64,000 bases of DNA from assembly GCF_937982615.1 (NCBI RefSeq), contig NZ_CALJLL010000190.1; one strand, 5' to 3'. Shown here one piece after another: positions 45,037-53,578 of this stretch. Numbering within the stretch: position 1 is the first letter of the stretch; each line of letters starts with the position of its first letter. The stretch comes from an uncultured Nocardioides sp. (GTDB taxonomy: Bacteria; Actinomycetota; Actinomycetes; Propionibacteriales; Nocardioidaceae). The notes beneath the pieces were generated by a model that saw nothing but the letters and a program-made list of their open reading frames with translations, made no database searches and was not told the DNA's origin. The position numbers were made by a program, and so were the translations under genes.

Positions 45037-45772
45037 GGTCGAGCAGTCCGTCGTACCCCGGCGCCGTGACCTGGTCGCGGACGTCGAGCTCCCACCCGAC
45101 GTCGATCTCGGGGTCCTCGGCCTGCTCGCGGTAGATCTGCAGGTAGCTGTCGGTGACCAGCGCGCTGGTCAGGTCGCCGACGTCACCGACCGCCTCGATG
45201 ACATAGGGCTGGGGGTAGGGGCGGCCCTGGATCACCACCGAGTTGCCCTCGCACTTGATCCCCGTCGTGGTCACCATCCGCTGGCCCTGGAGCACCACCG
45301 CGGTGGCGCCGCCCTTCCACATCGCGTTGACGACCGCCTGGATGTCCTGCTGGTGGACCACGAGCAGCTTCTTGTCACCGCTGGTGGAGTCGACGACGTC
45401 GTCGGGGGCGTCGGAGAGGTTGACCACGACGCCCGAGCCGGTCTGCGCCTGGAGCCCGGCGGGGCCCTCGAGCTGGCGGACGGCGCGCTGGTTGCTGCGC
45501 ACGTCGGCATCGTCGACGTCGTCGGTGAGCCCGCGGACCTGCTGGGTCAGTTCGGCGACGCGGTCCTGCAGAGCCGCGGCCCGGTCGGCCTCGGAGTCGG
45601 TGATGGCCGCGAGATCGTCGTACCGTCCCGGCCGCAGATCGGTGCCCTCGCTCGACTGCGCACTCACCACGAACAGGCCCCCGCTGACCAGCGCCACCGC
45701 GACCGTGCCGAGGCGCCAGCCCGACCACCGCCAGCGCCGGCGGGGCGCCGTCGGTTCTGCCTGGTCGTCCAC
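44987..45772 (-). CDS. DUF881-domain membrane protein (Rv0012-like)
   Basis: Track ORF of 261 aa with an N-terminal TM helix and a coiled segment. It contains VVHQQDIQAVVNAMWKGGATAV and IKCEGNSVVI. Confidence 0.75.
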   Translation of the reverse strand: MDDQAEPTAPRRRWRWSGWRLGTVAVALVSGGLFVVSAQSSEGTDLRPGRYDDLAAITDSEADRAAALQDRVAELTQQVRGLTDDVDDADVRSNQRAVRQLEGPAGLQAQTGSGVVVNLSDAPDDVVDSTSGDKKLLVVHQQDIQAVVNAMWKGGATAVVLQGQRMVTTTGIKCEGNSVVIQGRPYPQPYVIEAVGDVGDLTSALVTDSYLQIYREQAEDPEIDVGWELDVRDQVTAPGYDGLLDLSYATPVAPSGKGGAR

Positions 45773-45790
45773 GTTGACTAAGGTAGCCGC

Positions 45791-46273
45791 GTGTCAAGAC
45801 TGAAGGCCCGTGACCAGCAGTTCGTGGACCCCGAGCGGGGGCCGATGATCTCGCCCCGGTTCGTCGTGGCCCTGATCCTCATCGCGGTGGGCATCGCCTG
45901 GATCGTCTACTACTACGTCGGCGTCCGCCCCGACCCGGACGCGCTCACCGCCGACGGCAAGCCGGTCGGTCCGTCAGGACCGGACTTCATGGGCGACCTC
46001 GAGCGGTGGAACTACGTCATCGGCTTCGGGCTGATCCTGCTCGGGCTGATCCTCTCCGCGCACCCCTCGACCCCCCTGGGCCGCAACCGCGGCGTGGTGA
46101 TCGGCATGCTCGGCTGCTTCCTGATCGGCCTGATCTGGATCTGCGTCTACTACGTCTTCAGCAACCAGCACCTCGACTCCATCCCCGTCATGAACGACCT
46201 CGGCCAATACAACCTCCTGGTCGGCATCGGCTTCATGGCAGTCGGATTCACCTTTGCCACCCGCTGGGAGTAG
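45791..46273 (+). CDS. crgA: CrgA-like cell-division membrane protein, internally duplicated (two 2-TM CrgA modules, 160 aa)
   Basis: Track ORF with a GTG start. Module 1 reads IAVGIAWIVYYY ... MGDLERWNYVIGFGLILLGLIL. Module 2 reads LIGLIWICVYYV ... MNDLGQYNLLVGIGFMAVGFTFATRWE. Both resemble the canonical CrgA pattern. The conserved position is between DUF881 and ppiA. Confidence 0.7.
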   Translation: MSRLKARDQQFVDPERGPMISPRFVVALILIAVGIAWIVYYYVGVRPDPDALTADGKPVGPSGPDFMGDLERWNYVIGFGLILLGLILSAHPSTPLGRNRGVVIGMLGCFLIGLIWICVYYVFSNQHLDSIPVMNDLGQYNLLVGIGFMAVGFTFATRWE

Positions 46274-46287
46274 CGCCACCCCACGCC

Positions 46288-46377
46288 GACCCGTCGTTAC
46301 TCCGCACGAGTAGCGACGGGTCACCGTCAATTTCGCGCCGACCCGTCGCTACTCGTCACGAGTAACGACGGGTCGGC
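46288..46377. terminator. Two hairpins that are inverted copies of one ~35-nt element (46288-46322 and 46337-46377)
   Basis: Hairpin 1 reads gacccgtcgttactc cgcac gagtagcgacgggtc. Hairpin 2 reads gccgacccgtcgctactcg tca cgagtaacgacgggtcggc. They lie between convergent crgA (+) and the rhomboid gene (-). Confidence 0.7.
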
Positions 46378-46479
46378 GTCGCGTTGCCGTGGAGTCGTCC
46401 CAGTTTCATCCACATGTGTGCACAACGCTGTGGAGAACTACAGCGTTGTCATTCGACTGTGGGTGACTGTGCGCGATCG

Positions 46480-47421
46480 TCAGGAGAGCTGGACGATGCG
46501 GGCCACGATCAGAGCGAGTACGACGAGGGCGACGGCGGAGACGCCGAGGAGTTGCACCGTCGTACGCCGGGGGCCGCGGGGGGCGTAGACGAGGATCGCG
46601 CCGACCGCGGTGCCGGCCAGGAAGCCGCCGAGGTGGCCCTGCCAGGAGATGTTCGACAGCACCACCGTGAGCAGGAAGTTGATACCGATCCAGGCCAGCA
46701 CGCTGCGGATGTCGCCGTGGACCTTGAGCGCGATCACCGCGAGCGCGCCCATCAGGCCGAAGATCGCCCCGGAGGCGCCGAGGGTGCCGCCGACGGAGTA
46801 TTCAGGCCCGAGCCACAGCACCATCGCGCCGCCGGCGAAGCCGGAGATGAAGTAGAGCGCGAGGAAGCGGATCCGCCCGATGGCCAGCTCCAGCTGCGGC
46901 CCCAGCACCCACAGCGCGAGCATGTTGAAGCCGATGTGCCACAGCGCCACCTGGCTGAACATCGAGGTGACCAGCTGGTAGTAGGCGCCGTCGACCACGC
47001 CGGGCAGGTAGGTGCCACCAGCCTGCTGGCAGACGTTCTTCCCGACGTCTGCGGCGCCGGCGCCCGGGGCCAGGCACAACGCCTGGGTGCGCAGCACCAG
47101 CCAGTCGAGCAGCTTGCTCGAGGACCCGCCGGTGACCATCAGCGCGATCCAGACCCCGACGTTGAGCGCGATCAGCACCCCGGAGGTGATCGAGGCGTCG
47201 CTGGGCCGCAGCCCGCCGTACGCCGTCCGGCCCGAGCGGGTGTCCTTGGCGCCCTCCTTGACGCACTCCGGGCACTGGAACCCCACCGAGGCCGGGCGCA
47301 TGCACTCGGGGCAGATCACCCGTTCGCAGCGCTGGCACCGGATGTGCGCCTCCCGATCCGGGTGCCGATAGCACGTCGGCACCGCGGTCTCGGGAGGCTG
47401 CGGCGGCTGGGCCTGACTCAT
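46480..47421 (-). CDS. Rhomboid-family intramembrane serine protease with an N-terminal zinc-ribbon
   Basis: Track ORF of 313 aa. The zinc ribbon reads CYRHPDREAHIRCQRCERVICPECM...FQCPEC. The catalytic motifs are GASGAIFG and HLGGFLAG. Confidence 0.85.
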   Translation of the reverse strand: MSQAQPPQPPETAVPTCYRHPDREAHIRCQRCERVICPECMRPASVGFQCPECVKEGAKDTRSGRTAYGGLRPSDASITSGVLIALNVGVWIALMVTGGSSSKLLDWLVLRTQALCLAPGAGAADVGKNVCQQAGGTYLPGVVDGAYYQLVTSMFSQVALWHIGFNMLALWVLGPQLELAIGRIRFLALYFISGFAGGAMVLWLGPEYSVGGTLGASGAIFGLMGALAVIALKVHGDIRSVLAWIGINFLLTVVLSNISWQGHLGGFLAGTAVGAILVYAPRGPRRTTVQLLGVSAVALVVLALIVARIVQLS

Positions 47422-47434
47422 CGGAGAGGTGCGC

Positions 47435-47947
47435 TCAGCCCTCGACGATCTCGACGGACTCGATCACGACGGGGTCGCTAGGCCGATCGCCGGGACCGGT
47501 CTGGGTGGTGGCGATCGCGTCGACCACGTCGCGCGAGGCCTGGTCGGCGACCTCACCGAAGATCGTGTGCTTGAAGTTGAGCCACGAGGTCGCGCCCACC
47601 GTGATGAAGAACTGCGACCCGTTGGTGCCCGGGCCGGCGTTGGCCATCGCCAGGAGGTAGGGCTTGTCGAAGGTCAGCTCGGGGTGCGGCTCGTCCTTGA
47701 AGGTGTAGCCCGGGCCGCCGGTGCCGGTGCCCAGCGGGCAGCCGCCCTGGATCATGAACCCGTCGATCACGCGGTGGAAGGTCAGGCCGTCGTAGAACGG
47801 GCCGGACCGGCCGTTGCCGGCGTCATACTGCTTCGTGCCGGTGGCCAGACCGGTGAAGTTGGCGACCGTCTCCGGCGCGTGGTTGGGGAACAGGTTGAGC
47901 GTGATGCCGCCCCTGTTCGTCTTCAGGATCGCCTGCGGCTCTGCCAT
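47435..47947 (-). CDS. ppiA: Cyclophilin-type peptidyl-prolyl cis-trans isomerase
   Basis: This is the C-terminal 170 aa of track ORF 47435..48430, beginning MAEPQAILKTNRGGITLNLF. It contains FHRVIDGFMIQGG and SQFFIT. Confidence 0.9.
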   Translation of the reverse strand: MAEPQAILKTNRGGITLNLFPNHAPETVANFTGLATGTKQYDAGNGRSGPFYDGLTFHRVIDGFMIQGGCPLGTGTGGPGYTFKDEPHPELTFDKPYLLAMANAGPGTNGSQFFITVGATSWLNFKHTIFGEVADQASRDVVDAIATTQTGPGDRPSDPVVIESVEIVEG

Positions 47948-48159
47948 GACTGCCTTTCGGGCGTGCGGGTGAAGGGGTACGTCGCGCGCGCGTGGGTACC
48001 GGCCGGGCCGGACCGAGCTGCGCACTGCCCGTCGATCCTCGCACGGGTCGCAAGGCGGACCACAGTGGCCGTCGCTTGTCCGGGCATGGTTGAGTGAGAG
48101 GACCGGTCGCGCGGCAAGCGGGTCGAGGGCTGGATAGGCATTCGGAAGAGGTAGAGGCG

Positions 48160-48744
48160 ATGGCACTGAGGAAGAAGAAGACCCTGCTCGACCAGGCTTC
48201 TGACTACATCGACCAGGTCCGCCCGCAGGTCGAGTCGGCCGTTGCGTCGGCACTCGATGCGGCCGAGGAGTTCTACGAGAACACCGCGCGTCCGGCACTG
48301 CTCGACGCCAAGGAGAAGGCCGGCCCCGCCTTGGCCGACGCCAAGGACAAGGCGGCCCCGTACGTCGCCGAGGCGCGTGACCGGGCCGCCGCGGCGTTGG
48401 CCGAGGCGCGCGAGCAGGCCGGCCCCGCACTCGCGGACGCCAAGGAGAAGGTCGCTCCGCTCGTCGCGGCCGGTGCCGCCACGGCGACCGGAGCCGCGGT
48501 CTCCGCCAAGGAAGCTGCCGACGCCAAGGTCGCGCAGCTCAAGGGCGAGGAGAAGAAGAAGGGCAGCAAGCTCAAGCGGCTCGCGATCTTCGTCGCCATC
48601 GCCGGAGCGGTCGGCCTCGTCGCCAAGAAGCTCCAGAGCAGGGGCCAGAGCGACAACTGGCAGTCGTCGTACGTCCCGACGCCGGCCCCCGCACCGACGC
48701 CCACCCCTCGGCCGGCCGTGCAGGAGACGACGCCGAGGGCGTGA
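48160..48744 (+). CDS. Hypothetical tail-anchored protein with Ala/Lys-rich amphipathic repeats
   Basis: Part of track ORF 48094..48744, beginning MALRKKKTLLDQ. It repeats PAL(L/A)DAK(E/D)KA.P units. A C-terminal TM helix LAIFVAIAGAVGLVA is followed by a Pro-rich tail. Confidence 0.6.
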   Translation: MALRKKKTLLDQASDYIDQVRPQVESAVASALDAAEEFYENTARPALLDAKEKAGPALADAKDKAAPYVAEARDRAAAALAEAREQAGPALADAKEKVAPLVAAGAATATGAAVSAKEAADAKVAQLKGEEKKKGSKLKRLAIFVAIAGAVGLVAKKLQSRGQSDNWQSSYVPTPAPAPTPTPRPAVQETTPRA

Positions 48745-48875
48745 TTGGCGCCGACGGTCCGGGCGAAGCGATCTCCGACGCGACCGACGAGCCGCAGCCG
48801 GTGACCACGCCCGACGAGCCGGCGGAGGTCGTCGACCTCGAGACGCCGGTCGAGGACGCCCCCAAGAAGAAGTAG
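48741..48875 (+). CDS. Candidate 44-aa acidic micro-ORF, GTGA-coupled to the preceding gene
   Basis: The ORF is below the track cutoff. It encodes VIGADGPGEAISDATDEPQPVTTPDEPAEVVDLETPVEDAPKKK. About 93 percent of its codons end in G or C. Its GTG overlaps the TGA of 48160..48744. Confidence 0.35.
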   Translation: MIGADGPGEAISDATDEPQPVTTPDEPAEVVDLETPVEDAPKKK

Positions 48876-48880
48876 GGGCC

Positions 48881-49888
48881 TCAGACCGGCTGGACCGGTC
48901 GGTTCGCGTCGATCCAGGCGTCGATCTCCTCCCACCAGCCGAACAGCCAGTCGATCCGGCCGTCCCGATCGGTCGGGATCTCGGTGCGCGGCACCCGCCA
49001 CCAGCGCATCACGATCTGCTTGTCCATCGGCAGCTCCCGCCAGACATCGCCCACGGTGAGCACGTGGTCGAGGCCGGTGTGGGCGACCAGGACGACGTCC
49101 GCCTCGGGTGCCGCATCGAGCGCGGCCAGGAGGCCGCCCGGCCTCGGCGCCAGCACGTTGGTCATCTGCTCGGCCCGCACCGCCATCCGCTCCAGACCCA
49201 GCTTGCGCAGCCGAGCGATCGCCTTGGTGCGGCGCTTCTCGGAGAAGTTCCCACCCTCGGGAAAGATCACGAACGCGTCGTCGTCGTCGAGGTCGGTGGC
49301 CAGGGCTCGGATCTGCGACTCCAGGTCCTGACCTTCACCGGGGTTGGGCGAGATGAAGCGCGCCGGGATCCGGTGCAGCAGCACGTCGATGCCGGGGTCC
49401 CACCGCAAGGTGTCCTTGAGCACCACCCGCGGCTCGCGGTCATACCAATGCATCAGCGCATGGATCAGGGTGAAGGAGTCACCCGGCCCGGCGTGCCGGC
49501 AGGCCACGAGCAGCGGCTGGCCCGGGTAGGCGTCGGGGCTCGGTCCCTCCGTGACGATGTCGAGCCGGAGCACCCGCTTGGCCTCACGGAACAGCACCCA
49601 CATCACGCCCTGCACGAGGTCGTAGTGCAGCCCCTGCCAGTACGGCGACCGAACCCGGCGACCGAACCCGGCGGCCAGCCAGTAGCCGAACATCACCACG
49701 AGCATCAGCGAGTCGACGGTGGCGTAGAGGACGGCGATCCAGAGCAGGCGCAGCGCCCGCCACCGGCCTGGCAGCAGCGGACTGAGCGCAGCCGCCGCGA
49801 GCAACCAGAACGGCAGCAGCACCCACAACATCGTGGTCACGCCGAGGAGCGCGGGGGCGGTGATCAGCCGCCGGGCGCGACGCCTCAT
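48881..49888 (-). CDS. Lysophospholipid (1-acyl-glycerol-3-phosphate-type) acyltransferase-family membrane protein
   Basis: This is the C-terminal 335 aa of track ORF 48881..50452, beginning MRRRARRLIT. The HX4D motif reads CRHAGPGDSF. FPEGGN is present, along with N-terminal TM helices. Confidence 0.7.
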   Translation of the reverse strand: MRRRARRLITAPALLGVTTMLWVLLPFWLLAAAALSPLLPGRWRALRLLWIAVLYATVDSLMLVVMFGYWLAAGFGRRVRSPYWQGLHYDLVQGVMWVLFREAKRVLRLDIVTEGPSPDAYPGQPLLVACRHAGPGDSFTLIHALMHWYDREPRVVLKDTLRWDPGIDVLLHRIPARFISPNPGEGQDLESQIRALATDLDDDDAFVIFPEGGNFSEKRRTKAIARLRKLGLERMAVRAEQMTNVLAPRPGGLLAALDAAPEADVVLVAHTGLDHVLTVGDVWRELPMDKQIVMRWWRVPRTEIPTDRDGRIDWLFGWWEEIDAWIDANRPVQPV

Positions 49889-50727
49889 GCCCGCCCGCCG
49901 TCCGACAGCTGCTCGGCGAGGTAGTCGCGCGAGGCGTCGTAGGTCGCCTCGATCCGCTCTTGCACGCTGGCGAAGTCGCGGGTGCCGAGGAACGTGTCGT
50001 CCCGGGCCGAGGTCCCGCGGGCGGGCAGCACGTGGCACTCCACCCCGTCGGGGAGTTCGGCCAGCTCGCGCACGAACCGGTGCCGACGGGCGATCTCGAA
50101 GGACACCCGCGCCACCTCCCACGGCCGGCGCGGCGGCTTGAGCGGGCGGTCGAACCGGCCCACCTGGAGCACGAAGACCCGGGTGGCGCCGAGCTCGACG
50201 GCCCGTCCCAGCGGCACCGAGTTGACGATCCCGCCATCGAGGTAGTGCTCGTCGCCGACTTTCGCGGGCGGCAGCAGTCCGGGTACGGCGGCGCTGGCCA
50301 CGACCGCGTCGACGACCCGGCCAGTGCTGAACCAGTGCTCGGCCGACCTTTCGATGCTTGCGGCGCAGACCTGGAAGGTGACCGGGAGCTCCTCGAACGT
50401 GCTCTCGCCCAGCTCCTCCTCGAGCCGCTGCCGCAGTGGCTCGGCAGACCACAGATGGGTGCCGGACTGCATCGCGCGACGTACGGTCCGCAGCGGCGTG
50501 TCGCCGTACCCGGCCTCACGGGCGTTGCTCACCGATGCCCACAGCTCGGTGAGCCGGCCGATCACCTCGGGTTCGGGCTGGCTGGCGACCAGGGCACCGT
50601 TGAACGCGCCGATGCTGGTGCCGAGCACCAGGTCGGGGCGGATCTCGCGCTCGAAGAGCGCGCGCAGCATGCCGACCTCGACGGCTCCGAGGACACCGCC
50701 TCCGCCGAGGACGAAGGCAGTGGTCAC
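49885..50727 (-). CDS. Patatin-like phospholipase
   Basis: Part of track ORF 49885..51084, with a GTG start at VTTAFVLGGGGVLGA. It carries GTSIG (GxSxG) and DGG. There are 4-nt overlaps with both neighbouring genes. Confidence 0.8.
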   Translation of the reverse strand: MTTAFVLGGGGVLGAVEVGMLRALFEREIRPDLVLGTSIGAFNGALVASQPEPEVIGRLTELWASVSNAREAGYGDTPLRTVRRAMQSGTHLWSAEPLRQRLEEELGESTFEELPVTFQVCAASIERSAEHWFSTGRVVDAVVASAAVPGLLPPAKVGDEHYLDGGIVNSVPLGRAVELGATRVFVLQVGRFDRPLKPPRRPWEVARVSFEIARRHRFVRELAELPDGVECHVLPARGTSARDDTFLGTRDFASVQERIEATYDASRDYLAEQLSDGGRA

Positions 50728-51077
50728 GCTCCGGAGTCTGCCACCGACACCATCTCGGGGTGCTCCGCCTTGAGCTTGTCCATCACCCAATGCTCGACCC
50801 AGAAGATCAGCAGCGGGATCAAGCCCGCGGCGAGCACGAGGATCGTGAACGGGATGCTCCACGAGGCACGTCGCGAGAGGAAGAACGTCACGATGACGTA
50901 GACGAGGTAGATCCAGCCGTGGAAGATCCAGACGATGCTGGCGGTCTCGCCGAACTCCTGCAGGGTGCTGCCCTCGGCGAGGAGGTACTCGCACGGGAGC
51001 ACGACCAGCGCTCCGAAGGCGAGCAGGACGCCGACGACGTAGGCCAGCATCCGATAGGCGATGACCAGTCCGCTCAC
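50724..51077 (-). CDS. DUF3817-domain integral membrane protein
   Basis: Track ORF of 117 aa with four hydrophobic segments, including IVWIFHGWIYLVYV. Confidence 0.65.
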   Translation of the reverse strand: MSGLVIAYRMLAYVVGVLLAFGALVVLPCEYLLAEGSTLQEFGETASIVWIFHGWIYLVYVIVTFFLSRRASWSIPFTILVLAAGLIPLLIFWVEHWVMDKLKAEHPEMVSVADSGA

Positions 51078-51946
51078 GATCCACTCACGGGAGTCACGGT
51101 ATCGGGCTGCTCCTCAGGCTCCGGCTCTAGCTCCGGCTCTGGCTCCGGCTCTGGCTCCGCTGCTGGCGGCGGAGGCATCCGCTGCTCGCCGACCCAGCGC
51201 CACCAGATCAGCACCACGAAGGCACCGAAGAACCACCACTCGATGGCGTAGAGGAGATTACGTACCGCGGTGAACCGCCCAACCTCCGGCAGCTCGGCGA
51301 GGTCGGCCGCGGGCAGCCCCGCGACGCCGTCCTGCGCCACGGCGTACGCCGAGTAGAGGTCCTGGTCGACGCGCTGGACCAGGTCGGCGATCCGCAGCTG
51401 CGGGAGCACGTCGTCGTTCGGGTCGTCGTCGCGATCGCCGGTGCCTTCCGGCGCCTGGAGCCACCCGACCAACTGCTGTTCGCCGGTCGGTGCCTCGGGC
51501 GCCTGCGCGGGATCGGCGACCCAGCCGAGGACGACCGGCAGCGCGGGCGCGTCCGCTCCGCCGATCGCCAGCGGGGTGACCATCCAGTAGCCCTCGCGAC
51601 CGTCCTGCTCACGACCGCTGACGAACACCGTCGCGTCGGGCACCCAGCTGCCGTCGAGCTCGACCGGTTGCCCGACCGAGCGGCCCGGGAACGGGTCGTC
51701 GGGACCCATCAGCTCGGTCAACGCCACCGGGTCTGCATGCGTGAGATCGCGCGCCTCGTCGGCCCGCCGGGTCTGCCAGGCGTCCAGCTGCCACATCCCC
51801 AGCACCACCGTCGCCGCGACGAGCACCAGTGCCAGCAGATGGCCCGCCCAGAAGCGTGGAGCGAGGACGGTGGGCACGACCTTCAGCGTACGGCGCACGA
51901 TAGTCCGTGACGTTTGTGTGGGTCGAACGCCGTTCATAGCCACCAC
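51074..51946 (-). CDS. SURF1-family cytochrome oxidase biogenesis protein with an (EP)n tail
   Basis: Track ORF of 290 aa. It reads [12 protein letters not shown]...GYWMVTPL...[11 protein letters not shown]. The C-terminus reads [17 protein letters not shown]. Confidence 0.8.
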   Translation of the reverse strand: MVAMNGVRPTQTSRTIVRRTLKVVPTVLAPRFWAGHLLALVLVAATVVLGMWQLDAWQTRRADEARDLTHADPVALTELMGPDDPFPGRSVGQPVELDGSWVPDATVFVSGREQDGREGYWMVTPLAIGGADAPALPVVLGWVADPAQAPEAPTGEQQLVGWLQAPEGTGDRDDDPNDDVLPQLRIADLVQRVDQDLYSAYAVAQDGVAGLPAADLAELPEVGRFTAVRNLLYAIEWWFFGAFVVLIWWRWVGEQRMPPPPAAEPEPEPEPELEPEPEEQPDTVTPVSGS

Positions 51947-52010
51947 TTCGTCACGGACTATCTGGCCTGACCACTTGACCTCTGACCATCAGCCAGGCAG
52001 GGTCAAGGAC

Positions 52011-52731
52011 ATGCCGTTGCAGCCGGTTCAGCGCAGATCGGTCCCCGACGAGGTCTTCGACCAGGTGCTGAGCGAGGTCGTCGACGGGGAGATCGGCGCC
52101 GGGCAGCCCCTGCCCAGCGAACGCCGACTGGCCGAGGTGCTCGGGGTCTCGCGGCCGGCGGTCCGAGAGGCGCTGCAGCGGATGGCGGCCACCCGCCTGG
52201 TCGAGGTGCGGCACGGCGGGGCCACGACCGTGCGCGACTTCAAGCGGTACGCCGGACTCGACCTGCTGCCGCGCCTCCTGGTGCGCCAGGGCGAGCTCGA
52301 CCCCGAGGTGGCGCGCAGCGTCCTCGAGGCGCGGCTGGCCATCGGGCCCGCCGTGGCCGCGCTCGCCGCGAGCCGCGACGGCCTGCCGCTCTCCGCGGTC
52401 CTGCACACCGTGGTCGACCGGCTCCCCCCCCCCCACCGCCGGTGTCGAGCGACAACGGCTCGCCCTGGAGTTCTGGGACCACGTCGTCGACGCGGCCGAC
52501 TCGCTGGTCTTTCGGCTGATGTTCAACAGCCTGCGCGCGGCCTACGAGCCGGCGTTGGAGGCCCTGGCTCCGCTGATGGCGGCAGAGGTCGGACAGGTCG
52601 ACGCGTACCGGTTGCTGGCCTCGGCCCTGGCCAGCGGCGACCCCGAGACCGCGCGGGCTGCCGCCGAGCGGGTCCTCCGACCTGCGACCGAGAGCCTGCT
52701 CGCCGCGCTCGCGGCGCTCAGGGAGGAGTGA
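52011..52731 (+). pseudogene. GntR/FadR-family regulator interrupted by a +1 frameshift at a C11 homopolymer
   Basis: The N-terminal wHTH ([24 protein letters not shown]) lies in the frame of track ORF 51741..52736. That frame turns into Arg-rich nonsense after VVDRLPPP. The FCD C-terminus ([33 protein letters not shown]...ALREE) continues in the frame of track ORF 52519..52731. Removing one C restores a single ORF. Confidence 0.75.
52424..52434 (+). repeat. Homopolymeric C11 tract
   Basis: The reading ctc ccc ccc ccc cac was confirmed against the track translation LPPPH. Confidence 0.9.
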
Positions 52732-52732
52732 G

Positions 52733-53479
52733 ATGACCGAGACTCCGAGGTCCGCGGCGGACATCGATGCCTTGGCCGCGCAGCGACTGGCCGCCGACGA
52801 GGAGCGGATCACGGGCCAGGCTCGACGCCGCGAGTCCCTGTCGTTGAGCGCCGCAGGGGGCGAATTCTGGAAGCACCCGAGCCCGTGGCTGATCTCGTCG
52901 TTCCTGGTGGCCGCGGTAGCGGGTCGGGTCGTCATCGGGGGCGGGTCGTGGTGGGAGCTGGTCATCCCGGCCGCACTCGTCGCGTTGTTCCCGGTCATCG
53001 AGTGGTGCATCCACGTCGCGATCCTCCACTGGCGGCCACGCTCGCTGGGGCCGGTGACCATCGACTCGCTCCTCGCACGCGACCATCGCGCCCACCACGC
53101 CGACCCGCGCGCCCTGCCCCTCGTCTTCATCCCGTGGAAGGCCCTGCTCTGGCTGCTGCCGGCGTACGTCGTCGTCGCCTGGCTGGCGATGCCGACGCCC
53201 TCGGCGGCCGCCACGCTGCTGGTGTCGGTCTACGCCATCAAGCTCGCCTATGAGTGGACCCACTACCTCGTGCACTCCGACTATCGGCCGCGGTCGCGCT
53301 GGTTTCGATCGGTGTGGCGCAACCACCGGCTCCACCACTACAAGAACGAGCACTACTGGTTCACGGTGACCACTGCAGGCACCGCCGACCGGCTGTTTCG
53401 CACCTACCCGGACCCCGCCGCGGTGGCGACCTCACCGACGGTGAGGAAGCTGCACGACCTGGAGGACGCGCGCGGCTGA
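52733..53479 (+). CDS. Fatty acid hydroxylase / sterol desaturase-superfamily membrane protein
   Basis: Track ORF of 248 aa. The His boxes are [25 protein letters not shown] and [11 protein letters not shown]. Confidence 0.75.
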   Translation: MTETPRSAADIDALAAQRLAADEERITGQARRRESLSLSAAGGEFWKHPSPWLISSFLVAAVAGRVVIGGGSWWELVIPAALVALFPVIEWCIHVAILHWRPRSLGPVTIDSLLARDHRAHHADPRALPLVFIPWKALLWLLPAYVVVAWLAMPTPSAAATLLVSVYAIKLAYEWTHYLVHSDYRPRSRWFRSVWRNHRLHHYKNEHYWFTVTTAGTADRLFRTYPDPAAVATSPTVRKLHDLEDARG

Positions 53480-53578
53480 GCTGGGCCGTCGCCGTACCCC
53501 TGATGTTCACCGTCCGCTCGGCTAGCGGTCGGCTCGTCATTCGCCACCAGTTACGCGGCGGACGCGACAGTCACTCGC

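Noticed and set aside
45037-45790. An expected trpG/pabA homolog between pknB and the DUF881 gene, as in M. tuberculosis
   Set aside because: It is not present. pknB and the DUF881 gene overlap directly, so the synteny differs here and no gene has been missed.
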